Source: Bilabrum cf. latius (Eukaryota). From it: 64,000 nucleotides of DNA. Below, piece after piece: positions 1 through 11,400 of this stretch (position 1 is its first letter; each line of letters starts with the position of its first letter). The translations under genes were made by a program, and so were the position numbers. The notes beneath the pieces are model-generated. The model searched no databases. It was not told the DNA's origin and saw nothing but the letters and a program-made list of their open reading frames with translations. The stretch lies in contig OZ237748.1 of the NCBI GenBank assembly GCA_965178125.1, forward strand, positions 62,001 to 126,000, read 5' to 3'.

Positions 1-1683
1 CCCCGCCATCAGCATAGCCAAGGCCTCCCTCCGCAGTGCATTCGGGAGGTAGCCTGGGTCATCCCACACCGGCTTGAATTCGTCCTCCTACCCAGCTGCA
101 TTTGGGCCCATGCCACTTCCACCTCCAACACCAACGCCGTCCTCTTCTTCTTCTTCTTCTTCCTCTTCCTGCTTCGCCCCGATGAAGGACAGCAGGGAGT
201 CCACCACGCCACCTCCTATCTCTTTGCTGGAACTAGAGTCACCTCCCGACTCATCGGCGGCGGCACCGGCACTGGCACTGCTCGTGCGATGCCCGTCCAG
301 AGCGCCCGCAGCGACCTGCAAAGGGGCGCTCAATCCACCGGTGGACTCCCCCGCCCCTTTGGCCACGTCCTCCGCCGTCATACCCTCGGGCAGGCAGCCC
401 ATCGCCGCAACCGCAGCCCCCTGGCCCCCGTGCCGCAGCTCGTCACGCAGGAACGGCCCGCTGCCCAGCGTGCCAGGGAGACTGGCCGAAGAGCTCGATG
501 TCAGCGATGCTGATGCTAATGCTAATGATGGCAACGCACCCGCAGATCCACGGTCACCTTTGGTCGATCGTGTCTCGCCAGCTGGCTCCTCCCCTTCCCT
601 CTCCTCTTCCACCTCCTCATGCTGCCAGTCGCTGGCCAATCTGGCCCTCCCCTGCCCCTTGGCGTCCAGAAACCTCCTCCGCAGCACGCCAAGCATCTGC
701 ACCGGTGCCCTGACCGCATCGGGATGTGCCAGCATGTGAGCCAGGGGTGGCAAAGGAGTGTCCGCCCCTGCTCCCATCACCATCCCTGTCCCTTCCCCTT
801 CCCCTGCCCCCGCCTCCTCCCCAAGGAGAGCCTCCAAACTCACGCCCTCCCCAAGCTGGCATAGCCCAGCATCCGCCGCGGCCCGCTCCGCCGCCAGCTG
901 CAGTGCCATGGCCACAGTCCCACACCGTGCCATGCCCGCGGGAGAATCCGCCTGGCATGCCATACCCACTCCAATGGACCATTCAGGCGATCGACTGGCC
1001 GCCCATGCGCCCCGCCACGGGCCTAGATCCACTGGGATATCCAAGGATGCGGACGAGGACGAGGACGAGGACGAGGATGGGGCGCCTGCAGCACCACCAG
1101 CACTTGGGGCCCCCCGAGCTATCACATCTCCTGGATCGGTGTGACGAGCAATATCTTGGACCCCGGCGGCTGCATCGATCGCTCGCGAGTCCTGCTCTTC
1201 TCGCATGGCCCGCACATCGACAGGCACCCCCAGCCACATGCGACCGGCCCGAGGCCCATGCGAGCGCAGCCAGATGCCCGCCGCGGCTTCCTCGGCGAGA
1301 GGGGCTGCGGCCTAGGCCCACAGCCGCAGCAAGCCCGATGAAGCGGCTGAATTTACGGACTTGTGACCGGCCTTGCGGCTGCCTGCTATTCCAATTTGGA
1401 CCTGCTTGCTCATGGCTGTCTGCAGCTTCGCGAGACCTCTAGCGAAACGTCGCTCTCGCTCCTTTCGTCGAGATGGGCTCCAGAACTCGACCGGCCTCCG
1501 TGGAATGGTGTAGGTTACAGAAATAGGAATCATTGGTAGCTTATGGTCAGTCTTGTCGTGCTACACGTCTCCGACTGGATTCGGCTCGCTGCATTCCGCT
1601 TGGCTGCCGTCCTCTGTTCGTAACGCGTCCAAGTCCAGCGAGTTGATGGCGAACTACATCCATGAAGAAACAGTGGACGACAT
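1..1683 (-). CDS. Hypothetical low-complexity protein, 3' end runs off the window (TAG read as Gln)
   Basis: ATG at 1683. One frame is open to the window edge, interrupted only by TAG (1654, 1561, 1312, 88). It joins ORFs 1312..1533 and 88..1239 and continues as ...QEDEFKPVWDDPGYLPNALRREALAMLMAG. Confidence 0.65.
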
Positions 1684-1817
1684 GTCAATAGATGTATCCC
1701 TATGTTTTTACTGTACGACCTTGTTTCAGTTTGTGTGACATATACCAGACTTCTAAAAATGTGCACCGTACCCCTGTTTGAAAGAGCGAGAACTGCAACT
1801 CAGGTCAATACGCTAGG

Positions 1818-3050
1818 ATGCCAACGCTTCGGGAGGAAACCATTAAAGAATTTGGAGACGATGCTACGAAAGACCTGTTCGGTCTGCTCGGATGCACTGC
1901 CAAGAGCTCGCCAGCCGAACTACGACGCGGTTATCTGCGCTGCTCGCTGCGATACCATCCCGACAAGGGCGGAGATCCAAACAAATTTCGGGTAGTCAGC
2001 GAAGTATACAAGTTGTTCTAGGACGTAGACCGCCGAGCAGCATACGTGGAAGATGGAGACATCGTAGGGGCGGGTGAGGCTGGCGGCGATGCAGCGGACG
2101 CGGAGTGGGTGGCGTACTGGCGGCGCATCTTCCCCGAGGTGACTGTGGCTGGCATTGCGGCCGACAGGGTGGCATACGTGGGCAGCGAGGACGAGCGCCG
2201 AGACGTCCTCCGCGAGTATTCGCACCCCACGGTGAAGGGCAGCCTCAGGAAGCTGCTGGAGCGGGTGCCGCACACGGACGCCCGTCACTCGGCCAAGCGG
2301 ATCGCCGTGCTGGTGAACGCGTTGATCGGGGAGGGGCTGCTGGAGGCCAGCGGGGATTTTGCGGAGGGGGGTCGCTGGGCCGGCGCATCGTCGTTGAGTG
2401 AGAAGGAGAAGCAGCAGGTGGAGGGCGATCTGGCCGCCGCGGCGCTCGGGGATGCGGCCGCGGGGGTGGAGGGGGGAGCGGAGGCGGGGGAGGCAGCAGA
2501 GGCACTGAAGGCGTGGGAGGAGAGGGAGCGAGAAAGGGAAGATGATGAAGATGAAGATGGTGATGGTGATGCTGGGGCGGGCAAGGGCTAGTCCAAGCGC
2601 AAGAGCAATGGCAAGGGCAAGGGCAAGGGGAGGGGCGGATTTGGCAGGGACGGAGCCACTGTGCTGGCCCTGCCATCCTCTGCCCCTGCTTTGTCTGGCT
2701 CCTCCTCATCTGCCTCGGCTTCTGGAGCGAAAGCAAGCAAGGGCAAGAAGGGTAAGCGGGTGGCGGGAGGGGCGGGGAGGGCGGGCGACGGGGCCCAGCC
2801 GAGCAAGCGGAGGAGGAGGGAGGCGGGGGCGGGGGCTGGGGCTGGTCAAAGTGGCAGCGATGGTGATGGCGGTGGTATTGGAGCTAGTGTGGGTGGGATG
2901 GATGACCTTGCAGCCCTGATCAGGGGCAGGCAGCAGGCCAGGATGGGCGGGCTCATCGACCGGCTGGAGGCCATGGCAAGTCGAGAGAAGGGGGGCAAGG
3001 CCGGAGACAAGAGCAAGGGAAAAGGTAGGGGAAGGAAGAAGCGGGGGTGA
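1818..3050 (+). CDS. DNAJC9: DnaJ/Hsp40 co-chaperone, DNAJC9-like
   Basis: J-domain with YHPDK, then WVAYWRRIF..YVGSEDERRDV and a C-terminal DLAALIRGRQQARMGGLIDRLEA, both resembling DNAJC9. ORFs 1818..2021, 2046..2591 and 2661..3050 share one frame, joined through TAG 2019 and 2589. Ends TGA. Confidence 0.85.
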
Positions 3051-3151
3051 ATGAGGCTGTGAATCTCTCTTCCGAACCTGGTGGTTCCCTGTAGCATCTA
3101 CGAACGTTCGCTGAATGCCAACGGATTTCACAACTGTTTAGCGTAATTTCA

Positions 3152-4693
3152 ATGGCAGACAAAACAGCTGAATCAAAAACCATGGATATTATGGGTGGTC
3201 ATGATCCAGAGCTTGGACTGCCCCCGCAAAGAGTGGTTCGCCGATCGGTTGCGGCCCAGGCGGCCGGTGCAGAGCTAGCTGGCCTTGCTCCTGCGACTAG
3301 CTCGCAGAGATTAGCAAAGCTGATGGACGGATTTGGTAAATTCGAGGGGAGCATGCGTGGTGGTGCGAGGGTGAGTCTTCCAATTTGCAACGACTTGCCC
3401 CTGGTCCTGGTAGAATGCGATACATTGCATACAGTTCGTCCGGCACGGTCCCTGCGTTCAGATCATGCCGCAATCGTTTCCATGTACACATAATAACTGA
3501 CGCAGCAACGCCGCGAAAAGGAAGAGCGCAGGCTAGCGGAGCTCCGGGAGAGAGCATCAGCCGCTGAAGCCGCCGTGGCCGCCGAATCGGGCAAGCGGCA
3601 GGAACAGGCCCGTGCCCTGCGCGCTTGGGCCGGCAAGGAAATCGCTGCGGTCGCAACCACCGCCAAGGAGGCGCTGCGGCTCCGCGCGGCAGAGACGGAC
3701 AAGCGGATCGACGCCCTGCACGCGCGCGTGGACGGTCTTGAGGCCCAGTTCAAAGAGGACAAGGCAGAGGTGCTGGCCGAGGTGAGGCGCAGAAACGAGG
3801 AATTGCTGCGCGCACTTAGCGATTTCCAGGCCCTGTTTGAGGCGGAGAAGAGGGAGAGGAGGAGCCGGGAAGCTGCCCTGGAGACGAGGATCGCCGCCGC
3901 CGAGCAGGAGACTGCCGATGCCCTGGTGGCGGAGAGGACGGCCAGGGAACAGTCGGTGATGCAGCTGAGGGAGCGGATCGCGGCGAGTTCATCGGCCAGG
4001 GAGAGGGCAGACACGAGGCTGAGGACGCTCCTCTCTGCGGAGACGTCCTCGCTGCGGACGGCGCTGGGCAAGGAGGCAGCGGTGAGGGCGGCTGAGGACG
4101 ATCAGCTGGCCGGTGCGCTGGCGAGGTATGCCTCCAGGCTACAGGCCTCTCTGCACGTGATCAACAGCGGGGATGCGGAGCTGGTGGGGGCGGCGGAGCG
4201 GCAGCGGAGGGTGGAGGAGGAGGGTGATTTGGCGGAGCAAGAGGCGGCGGGGGCGGAGATGCGGGCTGGTGCAGGGGCTGGGGCTGGGGCTGGGGCTGGT
4301 CGGAGCGGCCGCGCGGGGGATGGTGCGGGTGGTGGTGCTGGTGCAGGTGCAGGTACTAGTGTTGGTGTGCTGCGTACCCCTCGGGATGAGTACGATGAGG
4401 AGGAGGAGAGGGCGAGGGCTGCTGAGGACCGGCTGGGGGAGAGTGGGGGAACACGGCCTGGCAGGGGAAGAGGTAGGGGCGGGGGCGGGGGCAGGGGATC
4501 TAGAGTGGGCTAGCAACGTGCTGGAAGGACAGGGGCGGGGGGGAGGAGTGCGCGCGGGGGTGATGCGGGGGCGGGGACGGGGGCTGGTCGAGGAGATGCA
4601 GGGAGAATACGAGGAGGAAAGGGTGTTGGAAGGGGCAGGGGCGGTGCGCGAGTGACGGGGCAGCAGCAGCGGTCGGCAAGGGGTCGGTCGTGA
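3152..4693 (+). CDS. SF-assemblin/beta-giardin family striated-fibre protein; intron 3371..3505
   Basis: Phase-0 intron GTGAGT...CTGACGCAG gives FGKFEGSMRGGAR|QRREKEERRL. Coiled coil ends with EDDQLAGALARYASRLQASLHVINS, typical of SF-assemblin. TAG 4511 reads through to TGA 4691-4693. The start may be 3152 or 3182. Confidence 0.75.
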
Positions 4694-4768
4694 GCTGCAT
4701 TGGTCGACCATGGATGTCAAATGCGAGCGAAAATCCGTGATTGTTCTATCTGCTATCGATGGGGTCTC

Positions 4769-5710
4769 TCATTTGCCTTCTGCTGCTGCAGCCCCCCCCG
4801 AAGCGGCGCCAGAACCAGATCCACCGCCGCTGCCCTTCCCCTCCCCCTCCTCTTCGTCTCCCGCTGCCCCACCCTGCTGCTCCACCGCCTGAATCAGAGC
4901 AGCGAACTGCTCCGGAGTCATCATCACAGGCATGCCCCCCGCCCCACTTCCATCCTCGTCCTCTTCCTCGTCGTCTGCTAATGGCACCCGCTCGGGCAAA
5001 TCCCTCTTCTCACCATCCAGCGCGCTCGATTTGCCCTCTTCCTCTCTTTCCCCACTTGCGCCCACCTTGCGTCCGTACCACAGCTCCTGCAGCGCATGCG
5101 CGGCCTCCCCCGCCCCCGCCGCTCCTTCATCACCCTCGTCCTCCTCCTGCCACCGCGCCTGCAGTGGAACCAGACCGGCCTCGTTCGGCCTGCCGCCGTC
5201 CGCCCCCGCGAGGAGCAGGGATCGCACGCAGGCAGCACTGGCGCACACGTGTAACGCCGTGTCTCCATCGTCGTCTCCAGTGTCCGGATCTGTGCCTGCG
5301 CCGCTCTCCCGCCGGCGCTCGCAGGCTGTGATCAGCACTGAATCGGTCGTGTCTAGCTTGTCCCCTTCTACCTCGGCCCCGTCACCAGACGCAGCCTTCG
5401 GCTCTGTAATTGATTCAGCTTGTGGTTGCCATGCCAGCAATACCCTCAGAGCGTCGTCCTGAGCCCAGCTAGCGGCGGCGTGCAGCGGAGTGTACCCCGT
5501 TCCAGAATCATCAGCGGCCGTAGGCGAAACACCGTTGCGCAACCAGTACAGTACAGTTTCTACATCTCCATCTGCTGCTGCCGTCCATATGTTATCTTTA
5601 GCGTCCGCTGCCGATGCTCCGGAGCCCGCGGCAGCTGCATCTTCTCCGGCAGCCGCTTGCAAGTGCTCCTCCACAGCCTGCTCGGCTGCGCCAAAGTCAA
5701 AACCAGCCAT
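4769..5710 (-). CDS. Ankyrin-repeat protein
   Basis: Ankyrin motifs NIWTAAADGD, GYTPLHAAASW, GDTALHVC and NEAGLVPL. ATG to TGA, 313 aa. Confidence 0.85.
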   Translation of the reverse strand: MAGFDFGAAEQAVEEHLQAAAGEDAAAAGSGASAADAKDNIWTAAADGDVETVLYWLRNGVSPTAADDSGTGYTPLHAAASWAQDDALRVLLAWQPQAESITEPKAASGDGAEVEGDKLDTTDSVLITACERRRESGAGTDPDTGDDDGDTALHVCASAACVRSLLLAGADGGRPNEAGLVPLQARWQEEDEGDEGAAGAGEAAHALQELWYGRKVGASGEREEEGKSSALDGEKRDLPERVPLADDEEEDEDGSGAGGMPVMMTPEQFAALIQAVEQQGGAAGDEEEGEGKGSGGGSGSGAASGGAAAAEGK

Positions 5711-5912
5711 ATTCGTTTTGAGATACTAAGCAGATATGTGGGATGATGCCGCTATAAAAAGTGAACGCGTTCCTGTAGCGGAGGCTGAATTGAGCAAGCC
5801 AGGCCGGAACTTGCAGTTCCCGCCGGGCGGCGCGATCGTCGGTCGACCCCTTATCAGCGCCCCAAGATCTCCTCTGCAGCCCACACTCACGCAGCGCAAC
5901 ACAACACCAAGT

Positions 5913-7199
5913 TCACTGCTACCCACCCGTCACACGCAGCTGCCTCACCTCGGCAAGCCGCAAGTACCTGTGGTACAGCAGAGGGTGCGCCTGGCTCAGC
6001 GCGCCGGGCTGCTGGGCCGAGGCCGCCACCAGAGCGCCTGCGCCCCCCTCCACCAGAGCAAGGGGCATCGTGGCCGAGGCATAGCTTACCAGCGCGATGG
6101 CAAGCAGACTCACCACAGACCCACGAGCCTGGGCGTCAAGAAACAGGCCGCTGCCAAGAGCCGCAGCTCCTGCCGCCGCCCATCCCGCGAACCCCAGCAG
6201 CCTGGGGGCGCAATCGTCACCCGCCGCCGCCACCGCCCCGCTCCTCTGCAGCGCCGCCCACGTCCCCTCCGCGGCCCGCACCCACGGCACACCGGTTGCA
6301 ACCGCCGCGCCCCACCCCAGCTGATGCCCCCTCCGCAGCACCGCCAGCGCCAGCCCGCGCACCCACAGGCAGCCGGTCCCCAGCCAGGACAGCGGGCCTG
6401 CACCGATGCACCCGCACAGGCCGCCGCTACCACCACCACCACCCCCGCCTCCCCGGGGCGTGCCTGCACTTGAGGGTCGCATGACCCCACCACCACCCCC
6501 CTGACCCTGACCCTGACCCTGTCCGCTCCCGAATACGTATTCCGGATCGTCCCACCCCATCTCCCCCGACCTCAGGCCCCCCGCACCCAGGGCGCGGCCC
6601 GCCTCCGCCCCCGCCTCCGCCGCGGCCCACGCCGGCGGTCCAACAAGCCCGAAGAGCCCAGCCGCCGCGGCGCTCCCCAGCGAGGGGCCCACGGCCTGTC
6701 CCACGATCGAGGCCACGTCCCGGTGCCCGATGGCCTGCTGCGCGCCCAGGGCCCGTGCCTCATCGATCGGAGCAGCAGACCGCAGGGACACGATCCGGTC
6801 CGCTGGGGTGCGGGGAGGGACGGCACCAGCACTAGCACCAGCGCCAGCGCCAGCGCCAGCGCCAGCGCCAGCGCCAGGCAGCGAGGGCGGCTGCACCGCT
6901 GAGCTCGTGCTCGAGCCTGCCCGGCGCTGCTCCCGGGATGCTGCTCCTGGCTCCGCCTCGCTGTCGCTCTCGCTGGCCATCAGCGCCGACCCGTGCCCCT
7001 CCCCGCCATCACTCGTCACACCGCCATCACTCGTCACACCCCCGTCGAGATCGCTGTCGTCGCCACCCCCCCTCGTCCTCGACTCCTCCCTCCCCGCCAT
7101 CATCAGGCCAAACTCCTCCTCCAGCGCAGCATCTAGAGCCCCATCCTCCCCATCCACATCCACGGTCCCATGATTCCCACGGCCACCTGCAGCGCCAAC

Positions 7200-7230
<31 letters not shown>

Positions 7231-8339
7231 CTGGCAGCTGCACCAGACCCTCCCACTGCAGCAAATACCGGCTTGCCGCCGTCCACGCCATGCCAGTTGC
7301 TACCGCCAGCCGACGCCAACGCACCATCGCCGGGCAAGGCACCCTGTGGACCCAATCTGCCACCTCCCAGCCCCTCCGCGCCCTCCAGCCTAAAGCCCCC
7401 CCCCCCATCCGCCCACTCCCCGGGGCCAGTCCCCGCCCCAGCCAGCGCAAGCCGCCGCGCCCCCGCCCCCGCCGCTGCCATGCCCAGCACGCTGCCCGCG
7501 GCCGCCCCCGCCCACCGCAGCACCCCCATCAGCAGCACCACGTTCAAGCCCCTCGCCATCGGGGTGAGACCCCCCGCCTCCAGAACATGAGCTAAGGCCA
7601 TCGACCACACCGCGACCACGACGCACCAGCACCCGCACACCCCCAGCGCCAGCCATATCAGCGGCCGGTGGCTCCCCGTGGACAGGGGATCTGCCGCCGC
7701 CCCCAGTGACAGCGCAGCAGCCGCCCGCCGGTCCCTTGCCCTGATCGCCCACAGGGCGTCACCCGCGATGATGACGAGGACGACCGAGGCCAGGAGCACG
7801 CGAGCCTGGGCGAGGAGCAGCAGGATCGCCACGGCGGCGAGAAGGGCGCCAGCAGCGAGCTGCAAGAAACCGAGCAAGAGGCCCCGGTGCGCCTGGGGGA
7901 GCCGGGCGAGCGCCGCAGCCACTCCCAGCCCGAACGTGGCCGCAAGTGGCGCGCTAGCCTGGAGCGTCGCGCGGAGTGTGTACCCCGAGTGGTCTGACAG
8001 CCAGGGCCTGCGGTGGCTCGGGTGGTCTTCCTCAGCGGGCTCTCCGCTGCCGTCGTCGTTCGTGCCTGCATCCCCTCCACCGGGATCCTGAGGCTGCCGG
8101 GGCTGTATACCGAGCTTGGTGATGCCGGCAAATGCTACCAACGCAATGCAGAATAAAAGTGATGCCAGGTAGGGAGTGTCCTGCGGATTGGAGTTGGCGA
8201 AAGGTCCAAGCAACGTCCAACGAATACGAGCAAAGAGCAAACTCCAGTCAGCGCTTCAGTTCGTCACTAGGCTGCTCACAATCCAAGACGGCACTATTCG
8301 AATTGACGACTCCTACGCTCTACTCTACCCGTTCCTCAT
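5913..8339 (-). CDS. Choline transporter-like (CTL/SLC44-type) multi-pass membrane protein; intron 8181..8279
   Basis: Multiple TM segments and CTL-like motifs GPSLGSAAAAGL and GVPWVRAAEGTWAAL. Exon 1 (8339..8280, two TAGs) is spliced via GTGAGC...CCGCAG to DTPYLASLLF. Ends TAG-CAG-TGA. Confidence 0.65.
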
Positions 8340-8495
8340 GGTGCTATTTGCTTCAAACATCCCAGGCCAGCACTCATGCATTGTAACGCGCACCTTTGTT
8401 CTCGATTGGTGAATACCGGGCTCTGATGTTGTGGTGTTTCTGCATTAATAAGCCCCCACAGGACCTTGTAATTAGTATCATAGACGGTCCCTGTG

Positions 8496-11400
8496 ATGGC
8501 CGCATCCGAGAAGGTGCGCCTCAACGTGCAGATCAAGGGAAGGGATAGCACACGAACTCGAGTAGTGGCCAGGGTTGACGATGACTGGGAGGATGTGCTG
8601 GCGAAGATTGGGCAAAAGTTGCGCGTGCGAGTTCTGCGAGTGAGATCAATTTTATAAAGTTTCGGCTCAGCTTCGACCGTTTGGGGCTCGGTGGCCAGTC
8701 GAAACTCTTATACATGTTGCAAACTTCACGAGAACGGTTGCTCGCCAAGGCAGCCGTACCACGATTTTTATACCCATGGGGTCATCATAACTTGCCATCA
8801 TTACACGTTTTGTATTCGATGTATTGCCTGCTGCTGTGGCCGTGTGTTTAACCTGCAACACGGGAGGCATGGAGGCAGCGCTAGGTGTCGAAACATTTGC
8901 GTCCCTGTAAGGGGCTGCACGGTTGATGTGGGTGCAACTACTTCGGCATAGTTGCTATTATTGTCTGGATCCGCATTGTTGTTCTATTCTGGGTCATGTT
9001 ACCCCAAACGGATCGGATGAATCCCTGTTGCTTCACGCTGGATTTGTCCAGTCGCTCCCTCACCCAAGCCAAGCCCAGGTGTATTGCCGCTTCTCAAATC
9101 ATTGTCTCGGTCGATTCTGTGTTTTGATTGTTTGCCCGCTAGCAGGTATTGGCCCCGAATGGTGCCCGCGTGGACGACTTGGAGGAGGTGGAGGCGGGCG
9201 AGTTGCTCAGCGCGGTGACCGAGCAAACCGAGCGCGAGGACATGGCAACAGACGAGACCTATGCCAGGGGCTTGGCAGAGTAGAGTACCATGGGCGTAGG
9301 GAAGGAGGATCCCGGCGGATCGGGCGGGGCTGCTGCCCAGGAGCCCATGGGGGTTGGGGTGGGGGGGGCTGTCCCACCCACGGGGGCGTACAGCAGCGGG
9401 GGGGGAAGAATCCGATCGGTGGAATCTGCCCCGGTGCGAGGCCAGGCAGCGGAACCACTGCGCGGCGCCTCGGTGAGCCGCACGCAGTCGGGCAGCGGCG
9501 CCGACCTGGACCTGGGGCGAGGTGAGGTGGGCATCGCTGGGTCTGGAAGCCGGAGGGGCAGCAGGCGCACTCGCGGGAGCATGGGCGGTGGGAGCGGGGC
9601 AGGGGCGGACACGCGTTCGGCCGAGGCACAAGGCGCCACGTCGGCTGGGGAACACGGCGAAGAGAGAGCTGCTGATACGTGGGCGGCGGTGGAGAAGCAG
9701 GCAGAGCAGGCGCAGGCAGCGCAGCGACCCTCCGGATTTGCGGGCATCCTCGGCGCGCTGAATCCCTTCGGGTATTCCGGGTCAGCCGCGGTGAGGGGTG
9801 ATCAGTCCTGGGGAACAGCGAAGGACGCCCGGGGGCTGCCTCCCGGGAAGCAGACGCTGGCGGAGCGGGACTCGGAATCGGAAAGCGGGGAGGCGGACGA
9901 GGTCTCCAGCGGCGGGTACAGGGGCGAGAGCGAGAGCCCGGCGGGCGTCCTCGGTGCCGGTGCCGGTGCCGGTGCGGCGGACGGGTCCTCCAGGGGCAGT
10001 CCCCCGGCCTACGGGGAGCACTTGGTGTCTGGGTCTATGTCTGGGGCTGGGGCTGGGTCAGCTGGGTACGGCGGGGGTGCCGCCAGCAGCGGTGCCGGGG
10101 GTGTAGCCGGTCTTGGCGCGGGTGATGTGGAGGATGCAGGAGAGGAGGTGGGGGGGGATTTCCCCTCGGGGTCACCTGGTGAATAGGGGGCGTCGTCCTC
10201 GCCAGCGGGGGCGCACTCGTCATCCTCTCTGTCCCCGTCCACCCCGTACGAGAGTGCGTACCCGCTGATGGACATGTACGCGAAAGCAGCCGCCATCGTT
10301 GAACTGCAGAAGGTGGGGCCAGCGAGAGCGGACGATTTCCAGGTCACACGAGTGCTGGGCGGCGGCTAGAACGGGCTGGTGGTGGCCTGCACGTGCTCGA
10401 GGAGCCCCGACAAGACCAAGGAGTACGCCATGAAGGTGGTCTTCAACTTCGGGCTGGGGACCAACCAGGCGAGGGGAGAGTACGAGAGGGAGCACGACAT
10501 CATATCCGGCCTCATGCCGCACCCGAACCTCGTGCGGTTCTGGTCCCAGACCCTGGACCCCATCCCGGAGGCCATCGCAAGCATCCTGCCAGATGCGGCA
10601 CAGGCGTCGTACGTGCACAACGGGGAAGTAAGGCGCCGCAAGACTCAGTTCGTGATCCTGGACTACCACCCATTTTCCCTTGACCAGGTGCTCTAGGCCA
10701 TGCCCAGGCCGCTGCCAGTGGACCGTGTGCTGCGGTGGGCGGCTGACCTGATCAGGGGACTGCTACACCTGCGGGCCGGCGGGGTGTCGCATCTGGACCT
10801 CAAGCTGGACAACGCGCTCATCGCCAAAGACGGCAGACTGGTGCTGTGCGACTTCGGGACAGCGAACCGACTGGACCTGCCATTGCTAGAGGCCGAGTTC
10901 ACACACGGCATGCCGACGGGGGGCAACCCGGCGCACTCCGCGCCTGAGGTCTGGAACGCTGTCTCTCGGCTGCACAAGCACAACGGGCTGCAGCTGGCCA
11001 AACAGGCGTGGACGGTCCACTACGCACCCACTGAGGGCATGAGCAACGCGGAGCTGGCCGAGTCGGGCGGCGTGGTGGCACCTGCGCCCTCCATGGCAAA
11101 GGCAGAGACACAGGGGAGGGTAAGCTTCCGGGCCGCGGACGCGTTCTCAGCCGGCATCATGCTACACGAGATGTTCACCGGCGGGGATGCACCTCTTCCG
11201 GACTACCCCAACGGGGCCAAATCCGGGGCCGCAGCGGGCTACATCGCTATAGACCCATCCGAAGTGGCGCCGCTGCCTGGGCACGTGCCCTCCACGGCAG
11301 CCTCGCTGGTCAAGGCCCTCCTTAGGCCCGACCCCCGGGCCAGACCCCCCCTGCGATCGGCGCTGCAGGTGCTGGAGACCGCCACTGCAGATGCAGTGCA